Of a stretch of DNA of 64,000 nt, positions 48,317 to 58,271 are shown piece by piece; position 1 is the first letter of the stretch, and each line of letters opens with the position of its first letter. Source of the DNA: Fidelibacterota bacterium. GTDB lineage: Bacteria; Fidelibacterota; SORT01. The notes beneath the pieces were generated by a model. The model saw only the letters and a program-made list of their open reading frames with translations, made no database searches and was not told the origin of the DNA. A program made the position numbers and the translations under genes. The stretch spans positions 18,663 to 82,662 of the forward strand of contig JACZYG010000009.1 in NCBI GenBank assembly GCA_022571215.1, read 5' to 3'.

Positions 48317-49909
48317 ATGAAGAGACGTATAAAAGTATTAGTGATAACCGCTCTCACGCTTGTAGTCGGGTTTGCAAGTTTTAATATCGGTCAGTCTGCG
48401 CCGGACCTTTATTCCAAATTAGAAGTTTTTAATAATATGATCCAGATAATGAATCGATACTATGTGGACAAAGTCGATTGGGATAAGGTAATGACCGGAG
48501 CATATCGGGGTATGATGGCGGAACTCGACCCACATTCGGTTTATATTGATAAAGAACGGTTTAAAAAGAGTGAAGAAAGTTTCTCGGGGAAATTTCAGGG
48601 AATCGGAATTGAGTTTGACATACTTGACGGATATATCACGGTTATCGCGCCGATAGTAGGTTCACCCTCCGAAAAACTTGGTTTGACGACAGGAGATAAG
48701 ATTATTTCCATCGACAATGAGTCAGCCAAGAACATCACTTACAAGGAAGTTTTTAGCCGACTTCGAGGTCCGAAAGGCTCGAGAGTAGACGTTACCATCA
48801 GGCGGAATGGAGTCAAAGACGATTTTGACCTTACAATCATCAGAGATGAAATTCCGATTTACTCGGTTCTCTCATCATTTATGATTAATGATGAAACCGG
48901 TTATATCCTGCTTAACCGATTCTCAAGAACAACGAGTGATGAAATAGAAGAGGCGATGCAATCTCTTGAAGCAGAGGGAATGAAAAATCTTATTTTGGAC
49001 CTCCGCTCGAATGCGGGAGGTTATTTGGAAGAAGCGGTTGATGTCCTTGATAAATTTATTGAAGGCGGTGAGGTTCTCGTTTACACGAAAGGCAGAGTAT
49101 CAAGCGCAAATGAGGAGTATTATTCCACGTCCAAAGCCACTCACGATCGGCATCCCTTGATCGTCTTAGTGAATAGGGGTTCCGCAAGCGCCTCTGAAAT
49201 AGTGGCAGGCGCAATTCAGGACCTTGATAGAGGCTTAGTGGTCGGCGAGACAACTTTTGGAAAGGGGTTGGTTCAAAGACAATGGAAAATGAAAGACGAT
49301 TCTGCTATCAGGGTAACAATAGCAAGATACTACACTCCAAGCGGACGACTGATACAAAGACCTTATGATAATGGGACTGAACAATATTATAAGGATATCA
49401 GGGACGACGCTCAAAACCACGTAGACCCGGAAAAAGACGATCGCCCTACTTTCCCCACCAAATCAGGCAGGACAGTCAGAGGAGGCGGTGGAATAACCCC
49501 TGATCTGATTGTGTCGCTCAACATCGAATTGGAACAGGCAACTATCAAACTCCTGAGCGAACCTGACCGTTTCGTATTCACGTATGCGTCTAAGTATGCT
49601 TCCGAAAACAAACAATTGTCCTCTGATGAAAATAAGTTTATTGAAAGCTTTGATCTGTCCGATGAGATGCTGCTTGCGTTCGTCTCATTAGTTGAGGAAT
49701 CAGAGTTTGAACTTGATAAAGATGCCTTAGAGAAAGATAAGGAATACGTCAAGAATCTGATTAAAGCTGAAATCGCAGCCGCGTTTTTTGGAAGAAACGG
49801 TCGTTTTAAAGTGAAAATACAAAAGGATAATCAAGTACAAAAAGCGCTTGAACTTCTGCCTAAAGCAAAAGATCTTGCCGACGCTGTTTTAGAACTTAAA
49901 GAAAACTGA
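48317..49909 (+). CDS. C-terminal processing peptidase (S41, CtpA-like)
   Basis: The ORF starts at 48239, but the RBS aaggag plus MKRRIKVLVITALTLVV signal suggests a start at 48317. PDZ domain; S41 catalytic region (LDLRSNAGGYL; GETTFGKG). Confidence 0.88.
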   Translation: MKRRIKVLVITALTLVVGFASFNIGQSAPDLYSKLEVFNNMIQIMNRYYVDKVDWDKVMTGAYRGMMAELDPHSVYIDKERFKKSEESFSGKFQGIGIEFDILDGYITVIAPIVGSPSEKLGLTTGDKIISIDNESAKNITYKEVFSRLRGPKGSRVDVTIRRNGVKDDFDLTIIRDEIPIYSVLSSFMINDETGYILLNRFSRTTSDEIEEAMQSLEAEGMKNLILDLRSNAGGYLEEAVDVLDKFIEGGEVLVYTKGRVSSANEEYYSTSKATHDRHPLIVLVNRGSASASEIVAGAIQDLDRGLVVGETTFGKGLVQRQWKMKDDSAIRVTIARYYTPSGRLIQRPYDNGTEQYYKDIRDDAQNHVDPEKDDRPTFPTKSGRTVRGGGGITPDLIVSLNIELEQATIKLLSEPDRFVFTYASKYASENKQLSSDENKFIESFDLSDEMLLAFVSLVEESEFELDKDALEKDKEYVKNLIKAEIAAAFFGRNGRFKVKIQKDNQVQKALELLPKAKDLADAVLELKEN

Positions 49910-50054
49910 TCTGTGTCGTATATAATTATTGACAATTGTTAATATTATAATTATTCTACGATGTCTTCAGAGGAATATATCCTCTGTTTATGTAAGGCAG
50001 GTAAATATTTTTTAATAAATAGTTATAATTCAACAATTTGGAGGCAAATAATAG

Positions 50055-50705
50055 ATGGTTGACAAATTTTTCGCAGGCGGTCCCTTCATGTATCCTATTC
50101 TTGTTTTACTTATTGTAGGAATAGCTTTTGTTGTCGAGCGATTCATAACTCTTTCTCGTGCGTCAATTGACACTCGTAAATTCATGCAAGACATCAAATC
50201 CGCATTAAACCAAAAAGGTTATGAAGGCGCAATGGAAGTATCTTCCAATACCAGAGGTCCTGTAGCTTCGATATTCTATGCGGGTCTCATGCGCGCCCAT
50301 AAAGGCGTAGAAGCAGTTGAAAAAGCCATAGGCAGCGCCGGAACAATTGAGATGGCTTTTCTTGAACGCAACCTAATTTGGCTTGGAACTATCTCAACTA
50401 TCGCTCCTTTATTAGGATTTACCGGAACGGTATCAGGTATGGTCGGCGCTTTCGAAGATATCGCGGCAGCGGATGATATATCACCTTCGATTGTTGCCGG
50501 TGGAATTTCCGAAGCTTTGTTAACAACTCTTTTCGGTCTCATAGTAGCTATGCTTATTCAAACAATGCATAACTATTTCATAGCGAAAGTTGACAGCCTT
50601 ATTATTAACATGGAAGAAAGCTCTGTGGAATTAATAGATTCGCTCGTTGATCTTAGTGATGGAAGACTAAATACATCAGGTTCTTCCGATAACGCTTCTG
50701 AATAA
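50055..50705 (+). CDS. exbB: MotA/TolQ/ExbB proton-channel protein
   Basis: 216 aa; three TM helices; conserved GFTGTVSGMVGAF. Confidence 0.85.
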   Translation: MVDKFFAGGPFMYPILVLLIVGIAFVVERFITLSRASIDTRKFMQDIKSALNQKGYEGAMEVSSNTRGPVASIFYAGLMRAHKGVEAVEKAIGSAGTIEMAFLERNLIWLGTISTIAPLLGFTGTVSGMVGAFEDIAAADDISPSIVAGGISEALLTTLFGLIVAMLIQTMHNYFIAKVDSLIINMEESSVELIDSLVDLSDGRLNTSGSSDNASE

Positions 50706-50723
50706 CCGACAGGTACCGATGAT

Positions 50724-51125
50724 ATGCTTTTAGAAAAAAGGAGAAAGCACCCGAATGAAATCCCTACCAGCTCTTTAGCCGATATTGCTTTTTTGCTGTT
50801 AGTATTTTTCCTTGTTACAACAACCATTGACATGGATAAAGGATTATCGCTTGTTCTTCCTGCGCCGGGTGAAGAAAAAGAAATTCCCAAAGAAAACATC
50901 TCTAACCTGCTGATAAATGCCGCAGGTAAGATTATGTTGGACGAAGAGCCGATTAACATGGCTGATATACGTAATACTGTCAAAAGAAAAATGAACAAAA
51001 ATCCTAACCTGATCTTCTCCATCAAAACAGACAGGAAAACAGACTATCAGGTTTTTGTATCAGTGCTTGATCAGCTAAAAATGGCTAACGCTACTCGGAT
51101 TTCCATAGCTGAACCGGAATTTTAA
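50724..51125 (+). CDS. exbD: ExbD/TolR biopolymer transport protein
   Basis: 133 aa; N-terminal TM (IAFLLLVFFLVTT) with a conserved Asp context. Confidence 0.85.
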   Translation: MLLEKRRKHPNEIPTSSLADIAFLLLVFFLVTTTIDMDKGLSLVLPAPGEEKEIPKENISNLLINAAGKIMLDEEPINMADIRNTVKRKMNKNPNLIFSIKTDRKTDYQVFVSVLDQLKMANATRISIAEPEF

Positions 51126-51127
51126 TT

Positions 51128-51538
51128 ATGAGATTTCAGAAAAAACAGAAGAGCATGGAAGGTATACCGACAGCATCTATGCCGGATATCGTATTTATGC
51201 TTCTTATTTTCTTCATGGTGACCACAGTACTGAAGAAATTTGACGGACTTCCGCTTGACTTACCGCATGCCCGCAAAATTGAGAAACTTAATACGAAAAG
51301 ACACGTTTCTTATATATGGGTTTCCAAGGGTGGTATGATCAGCGTTGACGATAAAATTGTACCGGTACGAGGAGTTAGAACCGTAATTTATGAACGGTTT
51401 GTTAATGATCCGCGACTTATCGTATCTATGAAGATAGATCAGAAAGCGAATTTCGGGATTGTGAGTGATATCCATCAGGAACTCAGGGAAGCCGGAGCCT
51501 TAAGAGTAAATTATTCCTCCAAACACGGTTCGAGCTAA
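51128..51538 (+). CDS. exbD: ExbD/TolR biopolymer transport protein (second copy)
   Basis: 136 aa; paralogous to the preceding gene (IVFMLLIFFMVTT). Confidence 0.85.
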   Translation: MRFQKKQKSMEGIPTASMPDIVFMLLIFFMVTTVLKKFDGLPLDLPHARKIEKLNTKRHVSYIWVSKGGMISVDDKIVPVRGVRTVIYERFVNDPRLIVSMKIDQKANFGIVSDIHQELREAGALRVNYSSKHGSS

Positions 51539-52176
51539 TGGATTATAAAAAAGTCGAAGTTAGTTTGAAAACTCAATACCGAAGATTGATTGAAATCGGC
51601 TTTATGGCTTCTTTTTTACTTCTAATCACTCTTGGACTGGCATATCCGAGATTTCGTGAAAAGCGACTTAAACCTTCTCCTCCAAAGGTTGAAATTAATA
51701 TCGAGAAGGTTGATATAACACAGCAATTTGAAGCTCCTCCTCCTCCCGCGCGTCCATCAATACCGGTCGAATCGGAGAGCGATGATCTTCTTGACGATGT
51801 TACCATTGACCCTACCACCATCGATATGTTTTCTGAGATCGAGCCTCCCCCTCCTCCCGATCAGATGATCGAATTTATCCCGTATGATGAGGATCCTGTT
51901 CCAGTGGGTGGATATGAGGGTATCAAAAAACGCGCAAGATATCCGGAAATAGCGCGTGAAGCGGGAATCGAGGGAATGGTCATAGTCAGAGCATTTATCG
52001 ATGAAAAAGGGATAGTACGGGAAATGAAGATTCAGAAGGGTATCCCAAATACCGGTTTGGATGAAGCAGCGATGGAGGCTATCGGTAAAACAAGATTTAA
52101 ACCGGCAAAACAACGGGATAAACCCGTCGGTGTCTGGATTTCGATTCCGATTACATTTAAATTGACGGTAGATTAA
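51538..52176 (+). CDS. tonB: Energy transducer TonB
   Basis: 212 aa; N-terminal TM, Pro-rich spacer (PPPPARPSIP, PPPPPD), C-terminal TonB domain. Confidence 0.8.
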   Translation: MDYKKVEVSLKTQYRRLIEIGFMASFLLLITLGLAYPRFREKRLKPSPPKVEINIEKVDITQQFEAPPPPARPSIPVESESDDLLDDVTIDPTTIDMFSEIEPPPPPDQMIEFIPYDEDPVPVGGYEGIKKRARYPEIAREAGIEGMVIVRAFIDEKGIVREMKIQKGIPNTGLDEAAMEAIGKTRFKPAKQRDKPVGVWISIPITFKLTVD

Positions 52177-52187
52177 ATTTTAATGAT

Positions 52188-52217
52188 AGGAGTCACCGCA
52201 AAGTGGCTCCTATTTCT
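52188..52217 (+). terminator. Intrinsic terminator after tonB
   Basis: aggagtcac-cgcaaa-gtggctcct hairpin followed by atttctt. Confidence 0.4.
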
Positions 52218-52353
52218 TATATCAACAATTCTTTTAAAAGCTTTTATAAATGCAGCATAAAATTAGACGCATAAGTAAAAGTATGTTGAGTTTCAGCAAA
52301 TTTAAGCTTTACCTTCATACTGCTAATTATGCTAATGATATCGGAGAATATAA

Positions 52354-53274
52354 TTGAGTTTACTTGTCGTTGGTTCTGTTGCATTTGATTCCATAGAAAC
52401 ACCTAAAGGCAAACGGGAAAAGATAATTGGCGGTTCGGCTAACTATGCATGCCTTGCGGCATCATATTTCACCTACTCTCGAATGGTGGGAGTCGTCGGT
52501 AATGACTATCCCGAAGATATAGTTCATATTATGAACAGTAAAGGCATAGATACTTCCGGTCTAAAATTTGAGGAGGGTGAGACGTTCAGCTGGGGAGGAG
52601 TATACTCGGAGGATTTCTCCGAAAGAACCACTACTTTTACCAAATTGAATGTATTCAAATCGTTTTCGCCTGAACTACTGGAATCACACGCGAAATCTAA
52701 CTACACTCTGCTCGGGAACATTCATCCTGAGATTCAGATGAAAGTTTTCGATCAACTTGAAAATCCCAAACTTGTTGCCTGTGACACCATGAATCTTTGG
52801 ATAAACACTACGCTGCCTCAACTAAAGGAAATATTAGAGAAGATAGATATTCTTCTGGTAAACGATGAAGAAGCGGCAATGCTTTCTGGAAATTCCAATC
52901 TATCAAATTCGGCATTAAAGATTCTCGAAATGGGCCCAAAATTTGTCGTCATCAAAAAGGGAGTGCATGGCGCAATAATTTTCGGAGAGGAAATTGAGTT
53001 TCATGTTCCTGCCTTCCCGGTAGATGAAGTTGTTGATCCTACCGGCGCCGGTGACACATTTGCGGGAGGATTTATGTCATACATCGCAATGGAGGACTCT
53101 ATATCGGTGGAACATCTAAAGCGGGCAATGGTTGCGGGAACTATCCTCGCCTCATTCTGCGTGGAAGATTTTGGTGTCGAACGCCTTTTGAACATCTCCG
53201 CCGAAGATATAAACAATCGGCTTTTAAATTTCAGCAAATTAACCCTGTATGATGATACCCCCTTATTGAAGTAA
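52354..53274 (+). CDS. PfkB-family carbohydrate/nucleoside kinase
   Basis: 306 aa; ribokinase-fold motifs (GGSANYA; DPTGAGDTFAGGF anion hole). Confidence 0.8.
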   Translation: MSLLVVGSVAFDSIETPKGKREKIIGGSANYACLAASYFTYSRMVGVVGNDYPEDIVHIMNSKGIDTSGLKFEEGETFSWGGVYSEDFSERTTTFTKLNVFKSFSPELLESHAKSNYTLLGNIHPEIQMKVFDQLENPKLVACDTMNLWINTTLPQLKEILEKIDILLVNDEEAAMLSGNSNLSNSALKILEMGPKFVVIKKGVHGAIIFGEEIEFHVPAFPVDEVVDPTGAGDTFAGGFMSYIAMEDSISVEHLKRAMVAGTILASFCVEDFGVERLLNISAEDINNRLLNFSKLTLYDDTPLLK

Positions 53275-53314
53275 CCTCGACTATTTTGACACTTCGCTTC
53301 TTTACGAATCCGGT

Positions 53315-54355
53315 ATGAATATGAATCGTCCACCAACGATTGAATGGAAAGACGAAAAAGTATTCATGATAGACCAAACGCTGCTTCCGGGCGAATTAAA
53401 AATTCTTGAAATTGCCGATCACCGATTAATTGCCGAAGCAATACAGTCTCTTACAATCAGGGGAGCTCCGGCAATTGGAATCGCCGGAGCCTACGGATTG
53501 GTTCTTGCCGCGAATCAGTACGGCGGAAATGACATTGATGAATTCACCGCTCAAATTCAAGACGCCGCAAAATTATTGGTTTCCACCCGTCCGACCGCTG
53601 TGAATTTGGGTTGGGCAATAGCTAAACTTTTGAACAAGGTCAAAGAAAAGAACGATATTAACGAGATTCGTTCGCTTTTGTTGGCTGAAGCCAACTCGAT
53701 TCTTGAAGAAGATTATATTTCATGTAGAAAAATGGGTCGGTACGGCGCAAGCTTGCTACCTGAATCAGCAACCGGGTTAACCCATTGCAACGCGGGCGGT
53801 CTTGCAACGGGGAATTACGGCACCGCGCTCGGAGTGATATTTTCAGCAGTTGAATCAGGAAAAAATATCAAAATGTATGTTGATGAAACCCGTCCTCTGC
53901 TACAGGGCGCTCGGCTTACAACATGGGAATTACAGCAGGCGGACATAGATACAATCCTGATTACCGATAATATGGCCGGCCATGTCATGGCAAACGGCAA
54001 TATTGACTTTGTTATCGTAGGCGCTGACCGTATTGCGGATAACGGCGATGTGGCCAATAAGATCGGTACTTACTCTATTGCCGTATTGGCTGATTACCAC
54101 AAAATACCTTTCTATGTCGCTGCGCCCGTCTCTACCATAGATTTTGATACCAAAACAGGTGATGATATCCCTATTGAAGAGAGAGATCCTTTGGAAGTCA
54201 CGCATGGATTCGGGATACCGACAGCGCCCGATGGAACAAAAGTTTATTCACCCGCTTTTGACGTTACACCGAACTCTCTTGTCACGTCGATAATTACGGA
54301 TAGAGGCATATTTACCGCACCCTACAAAAGTCTAAGAGATAAAATCCTTGACTAA
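53315..54355 (+). CDS. mtnA: eIF-2B alpha/beta/delta-family isomerase (MtnA-like S-methyl-5-thioribose-1-phosphate isomerase, or ribose-1,5-bisphosphate isomerase)
   Basis: 346 aa; TIRGAPAIGIAGAYGL, GADRIADNGDVANKIGT family signature. Confidence 0.8.
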   Translation: MNMNRPPTIEWKDEKVFMIDQTLLPGELKILEIADHRLIAEAIQSLTIRGAPAIGIAGAYGLVLAANQYGGNDIDEFTAQIQDAAKLLVSTRPTAVNLGWAIAKLLNKVKEKNDINEIRSLLLAEANSILEEDYISCRKMGRYGASLLPESATGLTHCNAGGLATGNYGTALGVIFSAVESGKNIKMYVDETRPLLQGARLTTWELQQADIDTILITDNMAGHVMANGNIDFVIVGADRIADNGDVANKIGTYSIAVLADYHKIPFYVAAPVSTIDFDTKTGDDIPIEERDPLEVTHGFGIPTAPDGTKVYSPAFDVTPNSLVTSIITDRGIFTAPYKSLRDKILD

Positions 54356-54410
54356 AAATAATTTTTAAGTTAAAATTTCAAATGAATATTATTAACACCG
54401 GGAATAAAAC

Positions 54411-55469
54411 ATGAAATCAAAAATTACACTTATCTTCTTCATCAGTATTCTATCTTTAGGTTCCTATTGGATAGCCTGCGATAGTACTGAGATGATGTCC
54501 GCAAAAGTTTACATGCAAGAAAATAATCTTGAAAAAGCTGAAGAACAGGCGCTCTTAGCCGTTGAAAATGAGCCGTTGAATCCCTTTCCTTCATATTGGA
54601 TCGGTTTAAACGTATACGCCAATCAAAAGAGATGGGAAGAATTGACAAAAATGTTTGATCTTTCTCTTTCCATTTCAGACAAGTTTACCAATGAAATAGC
54701 AAATGAACTTGAGCGTCATTGGGTGGACGAATTTAATAGGGGCGCGAATACGTTTAACGTTGTGCTAAATCAAGAATCTTCCAATCCTGATTCTACGCTT
54801 GAGATCGCCCTGGCTTCCTTCTCGAACGCTGTAATATTGATTCCTGATAGAGCGCAAACATACGCCAGTATCGCTTCTATATATCTTCACAATAAAAATC
54901 TTGACAAAGCGAAGGAATACCTGATAAAATCAACGGAATTTGATCCTTCTGATACAAAGACGTTATTGAATTTATCCATAGTATATTCTAAAGAAGAAAA
55001 CTTTGAGGATGCAAACAAAAGGCTTAAAGATATACTCGAAATTGAACCGGGGAATCTAAGCGCTCTCCAGATGCTGGCGCAAAATTTGGACGCCACCGGA
55101 AATACCGAAGAAGCAGAGGTCGTGTATCTGAAAGCTCTTGATGCTGATCCGGATAATGCAAATTTGGTGTATAACTTGGGAGTTATCTATCTCAGGGCTG
55201 ATGAGTATGAGAAAGCCGAAAAGATGTTCATCAGAAGTCTTGCCCTAAATCCTGATGATTGTGATGCCATCTCGAATGTATCGGTTATTTACTCCAAAAT
55301 GGATGGTAAATTAGAGGATGCTGCGGAATACCTTTTGAAAGCCACTGATTGCGACCCCACAGAATTTCTTTACTGGAGACAGCTTGTGGGTATATACATG
55401 AAGATGGGTAAACCCGATAAAGCGCAAGGTGCTTTGAACAAAGCAAAAAAGTTAGGATATAAACCTTAA
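54411..55469 (+). CDS. TPR-repeat lipoprotein
   Basis: 352 aa; lipobox (WIAC); about 7 TPR repeats. Confidence 0.6.
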   Translation: MKSKITLIFFISILSLGSYWIACDSTEMMSAKVYMQENNLEKAEEQALLAVENEPLNPFPSYWIGLNVYANQKRWEELTKMFDLSLSISDKFTNEIANELERHWVDEFNRGANTFNVVLNQESSNPDSTLEIALASFSNAVILIPDRAQTYASIASIYLHNKNLDKAKEYLIKSTEFDPSDTKTLLNLSIVYSKEENFEDANKRLKDILEIEPGNLSALQMLAQNLDATGNTEEAEVVYLKALDADPDNANLVYNLGVIYLRADEYEKAEKMFIRSLALNPDDCDAISNVSVIYSKMDGKLEDAAEYLLKATDCDPTEFLYWRQLVGIYMKMGKPDKAQGALNKAKKLGYKP

Positions 55470-55536
55470 TATAATTATTACTCTTTAATAGCAATATGAA
55501 AATGCCTTTCACTCAAGTGAGGGGCATTTTCGTTTC

Positions 55537-56433
55537 TCACCCGCCTACCTTTTTCCTCATAATTAAGAAATCAGCTAGCGCTTTCGCTAAATTCGACGAA
55601 GAACTCATCTGGTAATAATCTATATTATTCTGTAAACATCCATATTTGTATTCGTCCAAGAACTCCTGCATCTTTTGTTTATAATCGCTTTTAATATGCC
55701 ATGGATCCGCATTCAGACTTTCTCCTGTTTCCATATCTTTGAACAGGGCTTCACGGGGGAAATCAAAGCTTATCTCGGCAGGATCGAGTATTTGAAAGAC
55801 GATTACTTCATGATCTTTATATCTGAAGTGTTTTAAACTGTTCAACACTCGTTCCGGATCATCCATCAAATCGGAAAGGATTATAATCAATCCACGCCGA
55901 TGAATCCTTTCAGCGAGTTCATGAAAATTCGTAGCTAGATCCGTCTTCCCACCCGATTTAACGTCATCGAGCCGTTCGAGCAATAATTTTAAATGTGTCG
56001 AGCGGGAGCTTGGCGGAAGATATGAACGGATCTTTTCATCCACTATGCATAGACCAACGGCATCCCTCTGCTTTAGCATCAGGTACGCAAGTGAAGCTGC
56101 TATATACGAGGCAAATTCGAGCTTGCTTACTCCACCTGACGAATAGTTCATCGAAGCGCTGGAATCAAGCAATATATACGCTTTCAGGTTAGTTTCTTCT
56201 TCAAACTGCTTGATATAGACTCGGTCTGTTTTACCGAATAATTTCCAATCAATATGCTTCGGTTCATCACCGGGCATATATTGCCTGTGCTCTGAAAACT
56301 CTACGCTGAATCCATGATATGGACTCCGATGCAGTCCCGTAATAAACCCCTCGACTATCATCCGAGCTCTGATGTACATATTTTTAACAGTGGCAAGCGC
56401 TACCGGATCTAAGTATTTCAATCGGTCGGACAT
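55537..56433 (-). CDS. DUF58 (vWA-like) protein, MoxR partner
   Basis: 298 aa; GxHRSPYHGFSVEFSEHRQYMPGD motif characteristic of DUF58. Confidence 0.8.
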   Translation of the reverse strand: MSDRLKYLDPVALATVKNMYIRARMIVEGFITGLHRSPYHGFSVEFSEHRQYMPGDEPKHIDWKLFGKTDRVYIKQFEEETNLKAYILLDSSASMNYSSGGVSKLEFASYIAASLAYLMLKQRDAVGLCIVDEKIRSYLPPSSRSTHLKLLLERLDDVKSGGKTDLATNFHELAERIHRRGLIIILSDLMDDPERVLNSLKHFRYKDHEVIVFQILDPAEISFDFPREALFKDMETGESLNADPWHIKSDYKQKMQEFLDEYKYGCLQNNIDYYQMSSSSNLAKALADFLIMRKKVGG

Positions 56434-56445
56434 TTCTTGCTATTA

Positions 56446-57447
56446 TTAAAGAGTTTGTTCTTCGATAAGCTCGTCAATCAGGGAGTCTACCGTCACTCCT
56501 TCTGCCTCAGCCGTAAAACTCATGACAATCCGATGCCTCAAAATGGGTTTTGCGATCGCGTTTACATCTTCTATGGCAGGAGTAGTTCTGCTGTCGAGCA
56601 AAGCCTTCACCTTTGCACCAAGAATCATATACTGAGAGGCGCGGGGACCCGCGCCCCATTCGACCATCTTACTTACCTTCGCATGCGCTCCGTTCATATT
56701 CGGCCTGGTCATAGAAACGAGATTTACCGCATGCTCAATGACGTTATCAGCGACAGGCACCCTCAGAACAAGAGATTGAAATGTCTTTATCTGTTCCTTT
56801 GTCATCACAATCTCTGGCTTTCGTCTAACGGAACCGGTTGTTGCTTTTACTATATCTATTTCCTCTTCTTTTGAGGGATATTCTATTCTTAGATTGAACA
56901 TGAATCGGTCTAACTGTGCCTCGGGAAGCGGGTAGGTACCTTCCTGCTCTATCGGGTTTTGCGTCGCGAGGACAAAGAACGGCTCGTCAAGCGGCATAGA
57001 CTTTCCTGCCGCTGTCACCTGATGCTCTTGCATTGCTTCAAGGAGCGCTGCTTGTGTCTTGGGAGGTGTTCTGTTTATCTCATCGGCAAGCAGAATATTG
57101 GCAAAAACAGGTCCTTTTACAAAATGAAATTCCCTTTTGCCGGTATCAATATTTTGTTCAAGCAGTTCCGTACCCGTTATATCAGATGGCATGAGGTCAG
57201 GGGTGAACTGTATCCTGCTGAATGAAAGGTCCAATACCTCCGAAATAGTCTTTATCAAAAGTGTCTTTGCGAGTCCGGGTACGCCGACAAGAAGGCAATG
57301 TCCCTTCGATAATAACGATAAGAGTACACCTGTAATTATATCAGTTTGACCGATAATGACCTTTCCTACCTCTTCAAGAATGTTCTTATACGAATCTTGA
57401 AGCTGTTCGGCTAATTCCACATCGGATATTTTATCTTTAGTTGTCAA
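56446..57447 (-). CDS. MoxR-family AAA+ ATPase
   Basis: 333 aa; GHCLLVGVPGLAKTLL Walker A; LADEINRTPPKTQAALLEAMQE. Confidence 0.9.
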   Translation of the reverse strand: MTTKDKISDVELAEQLQDSYKNILEEVGKVIIGQTDIITGVLLSLLSKGHCLLVGVPGLAKTLLIKTISEVLDLSFSRIQFTPDLMPSDITGTELLEQNIDTGKREFHFVKGPVFANILLADEINRTPPKTQAALLEAMQEHQVTAAGKSMPLDEPFFVLATQNPIEQEGTYPLPEAQLDRFMFNLRIEYPSKEEEIDIVKATTGSVRRKPEIVMTKEQIKTFQSLVLRVPVADNVIEHAVNLVSMTRPNMNGAHAKVSKMVEWGAGPRASQYMILGAKVKALLDSRTTPAIEDVNAIAKPILRHRIVMSFTAEAEGVTVDSLIDELIEEQTL

Positions 57448-57645
57448 TTAAATTCCTCATTTTCGTGATCGTGTCTTTCTAAAGAGAAAGAAAGTTAACG
57501 GCACATCGTAGTAATGTCAACCGCTATGTTATTAAGAAAAGCTTTAGGGAAACAGTATGATTTTAAGTGAGAGCTTACTGTATTGAACACCGACTTTAAG
57601 ACTATCCATACGCTTTTTGACAGCTTAGAATTGCTTAAATTGGTT

Positions 57646-58140
57646 CTAAGCGAACCAGTTTTTTCCTTTTGGACCTAACTTTTCAGCGCCGATATACTGC
57701 CTTACCACATTTGCCACAACGTCTTGAAGCTCCGATATCATTTTTTCTCTACCAACTTCAACATCATGCTTATATAACGCTAATTCAATCGCCACTTTCA
57801 GTTCTGTAACTTCAAAAGGTTTAACTATATAGCCGTATGGATTTGTTTTCTTAACTTTTTCAATAGTATCATCATCGGTCCGTCCCGTCAAATAGATCAC
57901 CGGAACATCAAATTTGGTTAGAATTTCCTTTGTAGTCTGAATGCCGTCCATATCACCCAATAATTCAATATCCATTAGAATAATATCAGGTAAATTTTTC
58001 CTAACTGATGCGACTGCGTCCGTGCCATTTGTAACTGTCCCTGCCACTTTATAACTCAGTTGCTGTAACGCTAAGGACAATGTCTCGGATATGGCTTCAT
58101 CGTCTTCAACTATTAGTACTGACGTTGTCTCTGATTCCAT
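57646..58140 (-). CDS. Response regulator (CheY-like receiver, no output domain)
   Basis: 164 aa; DD...D phospho-acceptor context (VLIVEDDEAI...IILMDIELLG), conserved T and K. Confidence 0.8.
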   Translation of the reverse strand: MESETTSVLIVEDDEAISETLSLALQQLSYKVAGTVTNGTDAVASVRKNLPDIILMDIELLGDMDGIQTTKEILTKFDVPVIYLTGRTDDDTIEKVKKTNPYGYIVKPFEVTELKVAIELALYKHDVEVGREKMISELQDVVANVVRQYIGAEKLGPKGKNWFA

Positions 58141-58271
58141 TTTGACCTCAAAATTCCTTACGTTTCTTTCTTGCTGATTCCATCTAAAATTTCACTTTTC
58201 ATGCCCAATGACTACCTGAATATTATTATCGCTCCTTTTTCAAATTTCACTACTCATTCCTCTATAGAATT

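Noticed and set aside
57600-57665. ggttc-taagc-gaacc hairpin with T-run at the 3' end of the response-regulator gene, considered as a terminator
   Set aside because: The T-run is on the plus strand, whereas the adjacent genes are minus-strand and the hairpin overlaps the coding 3' end. Its orientation is inconsistent with terminating either neighbour.
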